DNA from: Eledone cirrhosa
Lineage: Eukaryota
Direction: 5' to 3'
DNA length: 64,000 bases
Assembly (NCBI GenBank): GCA_964016885.1
Contig: OZ024741.1
Coordinates: forward strand, 24,366,001 to 24,430,000
Both the position numbers and the translations under genes were made by a program. Below the pieces are notes generated by a model that was given only the letters and a program-made list of their open reading frames with translations, had not been told where the DNA came from and made no database searches. Shown here piece by piece: positions 27,801-41,700 of this stretch; position 1 is the first letter of the stretch, and the number at the start of each line of letters is the position of its first letter.

Positions 27801-30800
27801 CACCTAACCTTAATCTAGTACATATATAGTAAAAGACTGTGCTTCAGCTGTCACCTAACTCTAATACAGTACATATATAGTAAAAGACCGTGCTTCAGCT
27901 GTCACCTAACCTTAATCCAGTACATATATAGTAAAAGACCGTGCCTCAGCTGTCACCTAACCTTAATCTAGTACATATATAGTAAAAGACTGTGCTTCAG
28001 CTGTCACCTAACTCTAATCCAGTACATATATAGTAAAAGACCGTGCTTCAGCTGTCACCTAACCTTAATCCAGTACATATATAGTAAAAGACCATGCTTC
28101 AGCTGTCACCTAACCCTAATCCAGTACATATATAGTAAAGACCGTGCTTCAGCTGTCACCTAACCTTAATCCAGTACATATATAGTAAAAGACTGTGCTT
28201 CAGCTGTCACCTAACTCTAATCCAGTACATATATAGTAAAAGACCGTGCTTCAGCTGTCACCTAACCTTAATCCAGTACATATATAGTATAAGACTGTGC
28301 TTCAGCTGTCACCTAACCTTAATCCAGTACACATATAGTAAAAGACCGTGCTTCCGCTGTCACCTAACTTTAATCCAGTACATATATAGTAAAAGACTGT
28401 GCTTCAGCTGTCACCTAACTCTAATCCAGTACATATATAGTAAAAGACTATGCTTCAGCTGTCACCTAACTCTAATCCAGTACATATATAGTAAAAGACC
28501 GTGCCTCAGCCATGACCTAACCCTAATCCAGTACATATATAGTAAAAGACTGTGCTGGAGCCATGACCTAACCCTAATCCAGTACATATATAGTAAAAGA
28601 CTGTGCTTCAGCTGTGACCTAACACTAATCCAGTACATATATAGTAAAAGACTGTGCTTCAGCCATGACCTAACACTAATCCAGTACATATATAGTAAAA
28701 GACTGTGCTTCAGCTGTCACCTAACCCTAATCCAGTACATATATAGTAAAAGACTGTGCTTCAGCTGTCACCTAACCCTAATCCAGTACATATATAGTAA
28801 AAGACTGTGCTTCAGCTGTCACCTAACCCTAATCCAGTACATATATAGTAAAAGACTGTGCTTCAGCTGTCACCTAACCCTAATCCAGTACATATATAGT
28901 AAAAGACTGTGCTTCAGCTGTCACCTAACCCTAATCCAGTACATATATAGTAAAAGAGTCTGCTTCAGCTTTCACCTAACCCTAATCCAGAACATATATA
29001 GTAAAAGTCCGTGCTTCAGCCACGACCTAACCCTAATCCAGTACATATATAGTAAAAGACTGTGCTTCAGCTGTGACCTAACTCTAATCCAGTACATATA
29101 TAGTAAAAGACTATGCTTCAGCTGTCACCTAACTCTAATCCAGTACATATATAGTAAAAGACTGTGCTTCAGCTTTGACCTAACCCTAATCCAGTACATA
29201 TATAGTAAAAGACTGTGCTTCAGCTGTCACCTAACCCTAATCCAGTACATATATAGTAAAAGACTGTGCTTCAGCTGTCACCTAAACCTAATCCAGTACA
29301 TATATAGTAAAAGACTGTGCTTCAGCTGTCACCTAACCCTAATCCAGTACATATATAGTAAAAGACTGTGCTTCAGCTGTCACCTAACCCTAATCCAGTA
29401 CATATATAGTAAAAGACTGTGCTTCAGCTGTCACCTAACCCTAATCCAGTACATATATAGTAAAAGAGTCTGCTTCAGCTTTCACCTAACCCTAATCCAG
29501 AACATATATAGTAAAAGTCCGTGCTTCAGCCCTGACCGAACCCTAATCCAGTACATATATAGTAAAAGACTGTGCTTTAGCTGTCACCTAACCCTAATCC
29601 AGTACATATATAGTAAAAGACTGTGCTTCAGCCATGACCTAACCCTAATCCAGTACATATATAGTAAAAACTGTGCTTCAGCTGTCACCTAACCCTAATA
29701 CAGTACATATATAGTAAAAGACCGTGCTTCAGACATGACCTAACCCTAATCCAGTACATATATAGTAAAAACTGTGCTTCAGCTGTCACCTAACCCTAAT
29801 CCAGTACATATATAGTAAAAGACTGTGTTTCAGCTGTCACCTAACCCTAATCCAGTACATATATAGTAAAAGAACGTGCTTCAGCCATGACCTAACCCTA
29901 ATCCAGTACATATATAGTAAAAGACCGTGCTTCAGCCATGACGTAACTTTAATCCAATCCATATATAGCAAAAGACTGTGCTTCAGCTGTCACCTAACCC
30001 TAATCCAGTACATATATAGTAAAAGACCGTGCTTCAGCCATGGCCTAACCCTAATCCAGTACATATATAGTAAAAGACGGTGCTTCAGCTGTCACCTAAC
30101 CTTAATCCAGTACATATATAGTAAAAGACTGTGCTTCAGCTGTCACCTGACCTTAATCCAGTACATATATAGTAAAAGACTGTGCTTCAGCTGTCACCTA
30201 ACCTTAATCCAGTACACATATAGTAAAAGACCGTGCTTCCGCTGTCACCTAACTTTAATCCAGTACATATATAGTAAAAGACTGTGCTTCAGCTGTCACC
30301 TAACTCTAATCCAGTACATATATAGTAAAAGACTGTGCTTCAGCTGTCACCTAACTCTAATCCAGTACATATATAGTAAAAGACCGTGCTTCAGCTGTCA
30401 CCTAACTCTAATCCAGTACATATATAGTAAAAGACTGTGCTTCAGCTGTCACCTAACTCTAATCCAGTACATATATAGTAAAAGACCGTGCTTCAGCTGT
30501 CACCTAACTCTAATCCAGTACATATATAGTAAAAGACCGTGCTTCAGCTGTCACCTAACTCTAATCCAGTACATATATAGTAAAAGACTGTGCTTCAGCT
30601 GTCACCTAACTCTAATCCAGTACATATATAGTAAAAGACCGTGCTTCAGCTGTCACCTAACTCTAATCCAGTACATATATAGTAAAAGACCGTGCTTCAG
30701 CTGTCACCTAACTCTAATCCAATACATATATAGTAAAAGACCGTGCTTCAGCTGTCACCTAACCTTAATCCAGTACATATATAGTAAAAGACTGTGCTTC

Positions 30801-33800
30801 AGCTGTCACCTAACCTTAATCCAGTACACATATAGTAAAAGACCGTGCTTCCGCTGTCACCTAACTTTAATCCAGTACATATATAGTAAAAGACAGTGCT
30901 TCCGCTGTCACCTAACTCTAATCCAGTACATATATAGTAAAAGACTGTGCTTCAGCTGTCACCTAACTCTAATCCAGTACATATATAGTAAAAGACCGTG
31001 CTTCAGCTGTCACCTAACTCTAATCCAGTACATATATAGTAAAAGACCGTGCTTCAGCTGTCACCTAACTCTAATCCAGCACATATATAGTAAAAGACTG
31101 TGCTTCAGCTGTCACCTAACCCTAATCCAGTACATATATAGTAAAAGACTGTGCTGGAGCCGTGACCTAACCCTAATCCAGTACATATATAGGAAAAGAC
31201 TGTGCTTCAGCTGTGACCTAACCCTAATCCAGTACATATATAGTAAAAGACTGTGCTTCAGCCATGACCTAACACTAATCCAGTACATATATAGTAAAAG
31301 ACTGTGCTTCAGCTGTCACCTAACCCTAATCCAGTACATATATAGTAAAAGACTGAGCTTCAGCTGTGACCTAACCCTAATCCAGTACATATATAGTAAA
31401 AGACTATGCTTCAGCTGTCACCTAACTCTAATCCAGTACATATATAGTAAAAGACTGTGCTTCAGCTGTCACCTAACCCTAATCCAGTACATATATAGTA
31501 AAAGACTGTGCTTCAGCCATGACCTAACCCTAATCCAGTACATATATAGTAAAAGACTGTGCTTCAGCCATGACCTAACCCTAATACAGTACATATATAG
31601 TAAAAGACCGTGCTTCAGACATGACCTAACCCTAATCCAGTACATATATAGTAAAAACTGTGCTTCAGCTGTCACCTAACCCTAATCCAGTACATATATA
31701 GTAAAAGACTGTGTTTCAGCTGTCACCTAACCCTAATCCAGTACATATATAGTAAAAGACTGTGCTTCAGCTGTCACCTAACCCTAATCCAGTACATATA
31801 TAGTAAAAGACTGTGTTTCAGCTGTCACCTAACCCTAATCCAGTACATATATAGTAAAAACTGTGCTTCAGCTGTCACCTAACCCTAATCCAGTACATAT
31901 ATAGTAAAAGACTGTGTTTCAGCTGTCACCTAACCCTAATCCAGTACATATATAGTAAAAGACTGTGCTTCAGCCATGACCTAACCCTAATCCAGTACAT
32001 ATATAGTAAAAGACCGTGCTTCAGCCATGACCTAACCCTAATCCAGTACATATATAGTAAAAGACCGTGCTTCAGCCATGACGTAACTTTAATCCAATCC
32101 ATATATAGTAAAAGACTGTGCTTCAGCTGTCACCTAACCCTAATCCAGTACATATATAGTAAAAGACCGTGCTTCAGCCATGACCTAACCCTAATCCAGT
32201 ACATATATAGTAAAAGACCGTGCTTCAGCTGTCACCTAACCTTAATCCAGTACATATATAGTAAAAGACTGTGCTTCAGCTGTCACCTAACCTTAATCCA
32301 GTACACATATAGTAAAAGACCGTGCTTCCGCTGTCACCTAACTTTAATCCAGTACATATATAGTAAAAGACTGTGCTTCAGCTGTCACCTAACTCTAATC
32401 CAGTACATATATAGTAAAAGACCGTGCTTCAGCTGTCACCTAACTCTAATCCAGTACATATATAGTAAAAGACTGTGCTTCAGCTGTCACCTAACCTTAA
32501 TCCAGTACACATATAGTAAAAGACCGTGCTTCCGCTGTCACCTAACTTTAATCCAGTACATATATAGTAAAAGACTGTGCTTCAGCTGTCACCTAACTCT
32601 AATCCAGTACATATATAGTAAAAGACTGTGCTTCAGCTGTCACCTAACTCTAATCCAGTACATATATAGTAAAAGACCGTGCCTCAGCCATGACCTAACA
32701 CTAATCCAGTACATATATAGTAAAAGACTGTGCTGGAGCCATGACCTAACCCTAATCCAGTACATATATAGTAAAAGACTGTGCTTCAGCTGTGACCTAA
32801 CCCTAATCCAGTACATATATAGTAAAAGACTGAGCTTCAGCTGTGACCTAACCCTAATCCAGTACATATATAGTAAAAGACTATGCTTCAGCTGTCACCT
32901 AACTCTAATCCAGTACATATATATTAAAAGACTGTGCTTCAGCTTTGACCTAACCCTAATCCAGTACATATATAGTAAAAGACTGTGCTTCAGCTGTCAC
33001 CTCACCCTAATCCAGTACATATATAGTAAATGACTGTGCTTCAGCTGTCACCTAACCCTAATCCAGTACATATATAGTAAAAGACTGTGCTTCAGCTGTC
33101 ACCTAACTCTAATCCAGTACATATATAGTAAAAGTCTGTGCTTCAGCTGTCACCTGACGCTAATCCAGTACATATAGTAAAAGACTGTGCTTCAGCCATG
33201 ACCTAACCCTAATCCAGTACATATATAGTAAAAGACTGTGCTTCAGCTGTCACCTAACCCTAATCCAGTACATATATAGTAAAAGACTGTGCTTCAGCTG
33301 TCACCTAACACTAATCCAGTACATATATAGTAAAAGAGTCTGCTTCAGCTTTCAGCTAACCCTAATCCAGAACATATATAGTAAAAGTCCGTGCTTCAGC
33401 CATGACCTAACCCTAATCCAGTACATATATAGTAAAAGACTGTGCTTCAGCTGTCACCTAACCCTTATCCAGTACATATATAGTAAAAGACCGTGCTTCA
33501 GCCCTGACCTAACCCTAATCCAGTACATATATAGTAAAAGACTGTGCTTCAGCTGTCACCTAACTCTTATCCAGTACATATATAGTAAAAGACCGTGCTT
33601 CAGCCCTGACCTAACCCTAATCTTGTACATATATAGTAAAAGACTGTGCTTCAGCTGTCACCTAACACTAATCCAGTACATATATTGTAAAAGACTGTGC
33701 TTCAGCCATGAGCTAACCCTAATCCAGTACATATATATTAAAAGACTGTGCTTCAGCCATGACCTAACCCTAATACAGTACATATATAGTAAAAGACCGT

Positions 33801-36000
33801 GCTTCAGACATGACCTAACCCTAATCCAGTACATATATAGTAAAAACTGTGCTTCAGCTGTCACCTAACCCTAATCCAGTACATATATAGTAAAAGACTG
33901 TGCTTCAGCTGTCACCTAACCCTAATCCAGTACATATATAGTAAAAGACCGTGCTTCAGCCATGACCTAACCCTAATCCAGTACATATATAGTAAAAGAC
34001 CGTGCTTCAGCCATGATGTAACTTTAATCCAATCCATATATAGTAAAAGACTGTGCCTCAGCTGTGACCTAACCCTAATTCAGTACATATATAGAAAAAG
34101 ACCGTGCTTCAGCCATGGCCTAACCCTAATCCAGTACATATATAGTAAAAGACTGTGCTTCAGCTGTCACCTAACCCTAATCCAGTACATATATAGTAAA
34201 AGACTGTGCTTGATCCATGACCTATCCCTAATCCAGTACATATATAGTAAAAGACCGTGCTTCAGCTGTCACCTAAATCTAATCCAGTACATATATAGTA
34301 AAAGACTGTACTTCACCATGACCTAACCCTAATCCAGTACATATATAGTAAAAGACTGTGCTTCAGCTGTCACCTAACTCTAATCCAGTACATATAAAGT
34401 AAAAGACCGTGCTTCAGCCATGACGTAACTTTAATCCAATCCATATATAGTAAAAGACTGTGCTTCAGCTGTCACCTAACTCTAATCCAGTACATATATA
34501 GTAAAAGACTGTGCTTCAGCTGTCACCTAACTCTAATCCAGTACATATATAGTAAAAGACTGTGCTTCAGCTGTCACCTAACTCTAATCCAGTACATATA
34601 TAGTAAAAGACTGTGCTTCAGCTGTGACCTAACCTTAATCCAGTACATATATAGTAAAAGTCCGTGCCTAAGCCATGACCTAACCCTAATCCAGTACATA
34701 TATAGTAAAAGACTGTGCTTCAGCTGTCACCTAACTCTAATCCAGTACATATATAGTAAAAGACCGTGCTTCAGCTGTCACCTAAACTTAATCCAGTACA
34801 TATATAGTAAAAGACTGTGCTTCAGCTGTCACCTAAATCTAATCCAGTACATATATAGTAAAAGACCGTGCTTCAGTTGTCACCTAACCTTAATCCAGTA
34901 CATATATAGTAAAAGACCGTGCTTCAGCTGTCACCTAACCTTAATCCAGTACATATATAGTAAAAGACAGTGCTTCCGCTGTCACCTAACTTTAATCCAG
35001 TACATATATAGTAAAAGACTGTGCTTCAGCTGTCACCTAACTCTAATCCAGTACATATATAGTAAAAGACTGTGCTTCAGCTGTCACCTAACTCTAATCG
35101 AGTACATATATAGCAAAAGACCGTGCCTCAGCCATGACCTAACTCTAATCCAGTACATATATTGTAAAAGACTGTGCTTCAGCTGTCACCTAACCCTAAT
35201 CCAGTACATATATAGTAAAAGACCGTGCTTCAGATGTCACCTAACACTAATCCTGTACATATATAGTAAAAGACTGTGCTTCAGCTGTCACCTCACTCTA
35301 ATCCAGTACATATATAGTAAAAGACTGTGCTTCAGCTGTCACCTAACTCTAATCCAGTACATATATAGTAAAAGACTGTGCTTCAGCTGTCACCTAACCC
35401 TAATCCAGTACATATATAGTAAAAGACTGTGCTTCAGCCATGACCTAACCCTAATCCAGTACATATATAGTAAAAGACTGTGCTTCAGCCATGACCTAAT
35501 CCTAATACAGTACATATATAGTAAAAGACCGTGCTTCAGACATGACCTAACCCTAATCCAGTACATATATAGTAAAAACTGTGCTTCAGCTGTCACCTAA
35601 CCCTAATCCAGTACATATATAGTAAAAGACCGTGCTTCAGCTGTCACCTAACCTTAATCCAGTACATATATAGTAAAAGACCGTGCTTCAGCTGTCACCT
35701 AAACTTAATCCAGTACATATATAGTAAAAGACTGTGCTTCAGCTGTCACCTAACCCTAATCCAGTACATATATAGTAAAAGACCGTCATTCAGCTGTCAC
35801 CTAACCTTAATCCTGTACATATATAGTAAAAGACCGTGCTTCAGCTGTCACCTAACCTTAATCCAGTACACATATAATAAAAGACCGTGCTTCCGCTGTC
35901 ACCTAACTTTAATCCAGTACATATATAGTAAAAGACTGTGCTTCAGCTGTCACCTAACTCTAATCCAGTACATATATAGTAAAAGACTGTGCTTCAGCTG

Positions 36001-38754
36001 TCACCTAACTCTAATCCAGTACATATATAGTAAAAGACCGTGCCTCAGCCATGACCTAACCCTAATCCAGTACATATATAGTAAAAGACTGTGCTGGAGC
36101 CATGACCTAACCCTAATCCAGTACATATATAGTAAAAGACTGTGCTTCAGCTGTGACCTAACCCTAATCCAGTACATATATAGTAAAAGACTGTGCTTCA
36201 GCCATGACCTAACACTAATCCAGTACATATATAGTAAAAGACCGTGCTTCAGCTGTCACCTAACCTTAATCCAGTACATATATAGTAAAAGACTGTGCTT
36301 CAGCTGTCACCTAACCTTAATCCAGTACACATATAGTAAAAGACCGTGCTTCCGCTGTCACCTAACTTTAATCCAGTACATATATAGTAAAAGACTGTGC
36401 TTCAGCTGTCACCTAACTCTAATCCAGTACATATATAGTAAAAGACCGTGCTTCAGCTGTCACCTAACTCTAATCCAGTACATATATAGTAAAAGACTGT
36501 GCTTCAGCTGTCACCTAACTCTAATCCAGTACATATATAGTAAAATACCGTGCTTCAGCTGTCACCTAACTCTAATCCAGTACATATATAGTAAAAGACT
36601 GTGCTTCAGCTGTCACCTAACTCTAATCCAGTACATATATAGTAAAATACCGTGCTTCAGCTGTCACCTAACTCTAATCCAGTACATATATAGTAAAAGA
36701 CTGTGCTTCAGCTGTCACCTAACCCTAATCCAGTACATATATAGTAAAAGACTGTGCTTCAGCTGTCACCTAACCTTAATCCAGTACATATATAGTAAAA
36801 GACCGTGCCTCAGCCATGACCTAACCCTAATCCAGTACATATATAGTAAAAGACTGTGCTGGAGCCATGACCTAACCATAATCCAGTACATATATAGTAA
36901 AAGACTGTGCTTCAGCTGTGACCTAACCCTAATCCAGTACATATATAGTAAAAGACTGTGCTTCAGCCATGACCTAACACTAATCCAGTACATATATAGT
37001 AAAAGACTGTGCTTCAGCTGTCACCTAACCCTAATCCAGTACATATATAGTAAAAGACTGAGCTTCAGCTGTGACCTAACCCTAATCCAGTACATATATA
37101 GTAAAAGACTATGCTTCAGCTGTCACCTAACTCTAATCCAGTACATATATAGTAAAAGACTGTGCTTCAGCTGTCACCTAACCCTTATCCAGTACATATA
37201 TAGTAAAAGACCGTGCTTCAGCTCTGACCTAACCCTAATCCAGTACATATATAGTAAAAGACTGTGCTTCAGCTGTCACCTAACTCTTATCCAGTACATA
37301 TATAGTAAAAGACCGTGCTTCAGCCCTGACCTAACCCTAATCTAGTACATATATAGTAAAAGACTGTGCTTCAGCTGTCACCTAACTCTAATCCAGTACA
37401 TATATAGTAAAAGACCGTGCCTCAGCCATGACCTAACCCTAATCCAGTACATATATAGTAAAAGACTGTGCTGGAGCCATGACCTAACCCTAATCCAGTA
37501 CATATATAGTAAAAGACTGTGCTTCAGCTGTGACCTAACCCTAATCCAGTACATATATAGTAAAAGACTGTGCTTCAGCCATGACCTAACACTAATCCAG
37601 TACATATATAGTAAAAGACCGTGCTTCAGCTGTCACCTAACCTTAATCCAGTACATATATAGTAAAAGACTGTGCTTCAGCTGTCACCTAACCTTAATCC
37701 AGTACACATATAGTAAAAGACCGTGCTTCCGCTGTCACCTAACTTTAATCCAGTACATATATAGTAAAAGACTGTGCTTCAGCTGTCACCTAACTCTAAT
37801 CCAGTACATATATAGTAAAAGACCGTGCTTCAGCTGTCACCTAACTCTAATCCAGTACATATATAGTAAAAGACTGTGCTTCAGCTGTCACCTAACTCTA
37901 ATCCAGTACATATATAGTAAAATACCGTGCTTCAGCTGTCACCTAACTCTAATCCAGTACATATATAGTAAAAGACTGTGCTTCAGCTGTCACCTAACTC
38001 TAATCCAGTACATATATAGTAAAATACCGTGCTTCAGCTGTCACCTAACTCTAATCCAGTACATATATAGTAAAAGACTGTGCTTCAGCTGTCACCTAAC
38101 CCTAATCCAGTACATATATAGTAAAAGACTGTGCTTCAGCTGTCACCTAACCTTAATCCAGTACATATATAGTAAAAGACCGTGCCTCAGCCATGACCTA
38201 ACCCTAATCCAGTACATATATAGTAAAAGACTGTGCTGGAGCCATGACCTAACCATAATCCAGTACATATATAGTAAAAGACTGTGCTTCAGCTGTGACC
38301 TAACCCTAATCCAGTACATATATAGTAAAAGACTGTGCTTCAGCCATGACCTAACACTAATCCAGTACATATATAGTAAAAGACTGTGCTTCAGCTGTCA
38401 CCTAACCCTAATCCAGTACATATATAGTAAAAGACTGAGCTTCAGCTGTGACCTAACCCTAATCCAGTACATATATAGTAAAAGACTATGCTTCAGCTGT
38501 CACCTAACTCTAATCCAGTACATATATAGTAAAAGACTGTGCTTCAGCTGTCACCTAACCCTTATCCAGTACATATATAGTAAAAGACCGTGCTTCAGCT
38601 CTGACCTAACCCTAATCCAGTACATATATAGTAAAAGACTGTGCTTCAGCTGTCACCTAACTCTTATCCAGTACATATATAGTAAAAGACCGTGCTTCAG
38701 CCCTGACCTAACCCTAATCTAGTACATATATAGTAAAAGACTGTGCTTCAGCTG
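36001..38754 (+). repeat. Tandem duplication of a 27-monomer (1377 bp) block
   Basis: Identical ORF pairs at 36001/37378 and 36766/38143 (offset 1377 = 27x51). Both copies share AAAATACCG (twice each), GCTCTGACC and AATCTAGTAC. Confidence 0.9.
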
Positions 38755-41700
38755 TCACCTAACCCTAGTCCAGTACATATATAGTAAAAGACTGTGCTTC
38801 AGCCATGAGCTAACCCTAATCCAGTACATATATAGTAAAAGACTGTGCTTCAGCCATGACCTAACCCTAATACAGTACATATATAGTAAAAGACCGTGCT
38901 TCAGACATGACCTAACCCTAATCCAGTACATATATAGTAAAAACTGTGCTTCAGCTGTCACCTAACCCTAATCCAGTACATATATAGTAAAAGACTGTGT
39001 TTCAGCTGTCACCTAACCCTAATCCAGTACATATATAGTAAAAGACCGTGCTTCAGCCATGACCTAACCCTAATCCAGTACATATATAGTAAAAGACCGT
39101 GCTTCAGCCATGACGTAACTTTAATCCAATCCATATATAGTAAAAGACTGTGCTTCAGCTGTCACCTAACCCTAATCCAGTACATATATAGTAAAAGACC
39201 GTGCTTCAGCCATGACCTAACCCTAATCCAGTACATATATAGTAAAAGACTGTGCTTCAGCTGTCACCTAACCCTAATCCAGTACATATATAGTAAAAGA
39301 CCGTGCTTCAGCCATGATGTAACTTTAATCCAATCCATATATAGTAAAAGACTATGCCTCAGCTGTGACCTAACCCTAATCCAGTACATATATAGAAAAA
39401 GACCGTGCTTCAGCCATGGCCTAACCCTAATCCAGTACATATATAGTAAAAGACTGTGCTTCAGCTGTCACCTAACCCTAATCCAGTACATATATAGTAA
39501 AAGACTGTGCTTCAGCTGACTCCTAACCCTAATCCAGTACATATATAGTAAAAGACTGTGCTTGATCCATGACCTATCCCTAATCCAGTACATATATAGT
39601 AAAAGACCGTGCTTCAGCTGTCACCTAAATCTAATCCAGTACATATATAGTAAAAGACTGTACTTCACCATGACCTAACCCTAATCCAGTACATATATAG
39701 TAAAAGACTGTGCTTCAGCTGTCACCTAACTCTAATCCAGTACATATATAGTAAAATACCATGCTTCAGCTGTCACCTAACCTTAATCCAGTACATATAT
39801 AGTAAAAGACTGTGCTTCAGCTGTCACCTAACCTTAATCCGGTACATATATAGTAAAAGACCGTGCTTCAGCTGTCACCTAACCTTAATCCAGTACACAT
39901 ATAGTAAAAGACCGTGCTTCCGCTGTCACCTAACTTTAATCCAGTACATATATAGTAAAAGACTGTGCTTTAGCTGTCACCTAACTCTAATCCAGTACAT
40001 ATATAGTAAAAGACTGTGCTTCAGCTGTCACCTAACTGTAATCCAGTACATATATAGTAAAAGACTGTGCTTCAGCTGTCACCTAACCCTAATCCAGTAC
40101 ATATATAGTAAAAGACTGTGTTTCAGCTGTCACCTAACCCTAATCCAGTATTTATATAGTAAAAGACTGTGCTTCAGCTGTCACCTAACTCTAATCCAGT
40201 ACATATATAGTAAAAGACTGTGCTTCAGCTGTCACCTAACTCTAATCCAGTACATATATAGTAAAAGACTGTGCTTCAGCTGTCACCTAACTCTAATCCA
40301 GTACATATATAGTAAAAGACTGTGCTTCAGCTGTCACCTAACTCTAATCCAGTACATATATAGTAAAAGACTGTGCTTCAGCTGTGACCTAACCTTAATC
40401 CAATACATATATAGTAAAAGACCGTGCCTAAGCCATGACCTAACCCTAATCCAGTACATATATAGTAAAAGACTGTGCTTCAGCTGTCACCTAACTCTAA
40501 TCCAGTACATATATATTAAAAGACCGTGCTTCAGCTGTCACCTAACCTTAATCCAGTACATATATAGTAAAAGACCGTGCTTCAGCTGTCACCTAACCTT
40601 AATCAAGTACATATATAGTAAAAGACTGTGCCTCAGCCATGACCTAACTCTAATCCAGTACATATATTGTAAAAGACTGTGCTTCAGCTGTCACCTAACC
40701 CTAATCCAGTACATATATAGTAAAAGACCGTGCTTCAGATGTCACCTAACACTAATCCTGTACATATATAGTAAAAGACTGTGCTTCAGCTGTCACCTCA
40801 CTCTAATCCAGTACATATATAGTAAAAGACCGTGCTTCAGCTGTCACCTAACCCTAATCCTGTACATATATAGTAAAAGACCGTGCTTCAGCTGTCACCT
40901 AACTCTAATCCAGTACATATATAGTAAAAGACTGTGCTTCAGCTGTCACCTAACACTAATCCAGTACATATATAGTAAAAGACTGTGCCTCAGCTGTGAC
41001 CTAACCCTAATCCAGTACATATATAGTAAAAGACTGTGCTTTTCTGTCACCTAACTCTAATCCGGTACATATATAGTAAAAGACTGTGCTTCAGCTGTCA
41101 CCTAACTCTAATCCAGTACATATATAGTAAAAGACTGTGCTTCAGCCATGACCTAACCCTAATCCAGTACATATATAGTAAAAGACCGTGCTTCAGCTGT
41201 CACCTAAATCTAATCCAGTACATATATAGTAAAAAACTGTGCTTCAGACATGACCTAACCCTAATCCAGTACATATATAGTAAAAGACCGTGCTTCAGCT
41301 GTCACCTAACTCTAATCCAGTACATTTATAGTAAAAGACTGTGCTTCAGCTGTCACCTAACTCTAATCCAGTACATATATAGTAAAAGACTATGCTTCAG
41401 CTGTGACCTAACCTTAATCCAGTACATATATAGTAAAAGACCGTGCCTCAGCCATGACCTAACCCTAATCCAGTACATATATAGTAAAAGACTGTGCTTC
41501 AGCTGTCACCTAACTCTAATCCAGTACATATATAGTAAAATACCGTGCTTCAGCTGTCACCTAACCTTAATCCAGTACATATATAGTAAAAGACCGTGCT
41601 TCAGCTGTCACCTAAACTTAATCCAGTACATATATAGTAAAAGACTGTGCTTCAGCTGTCACCTAACTCTAATCCAGTACATATATAGTAAAAGACCGTC

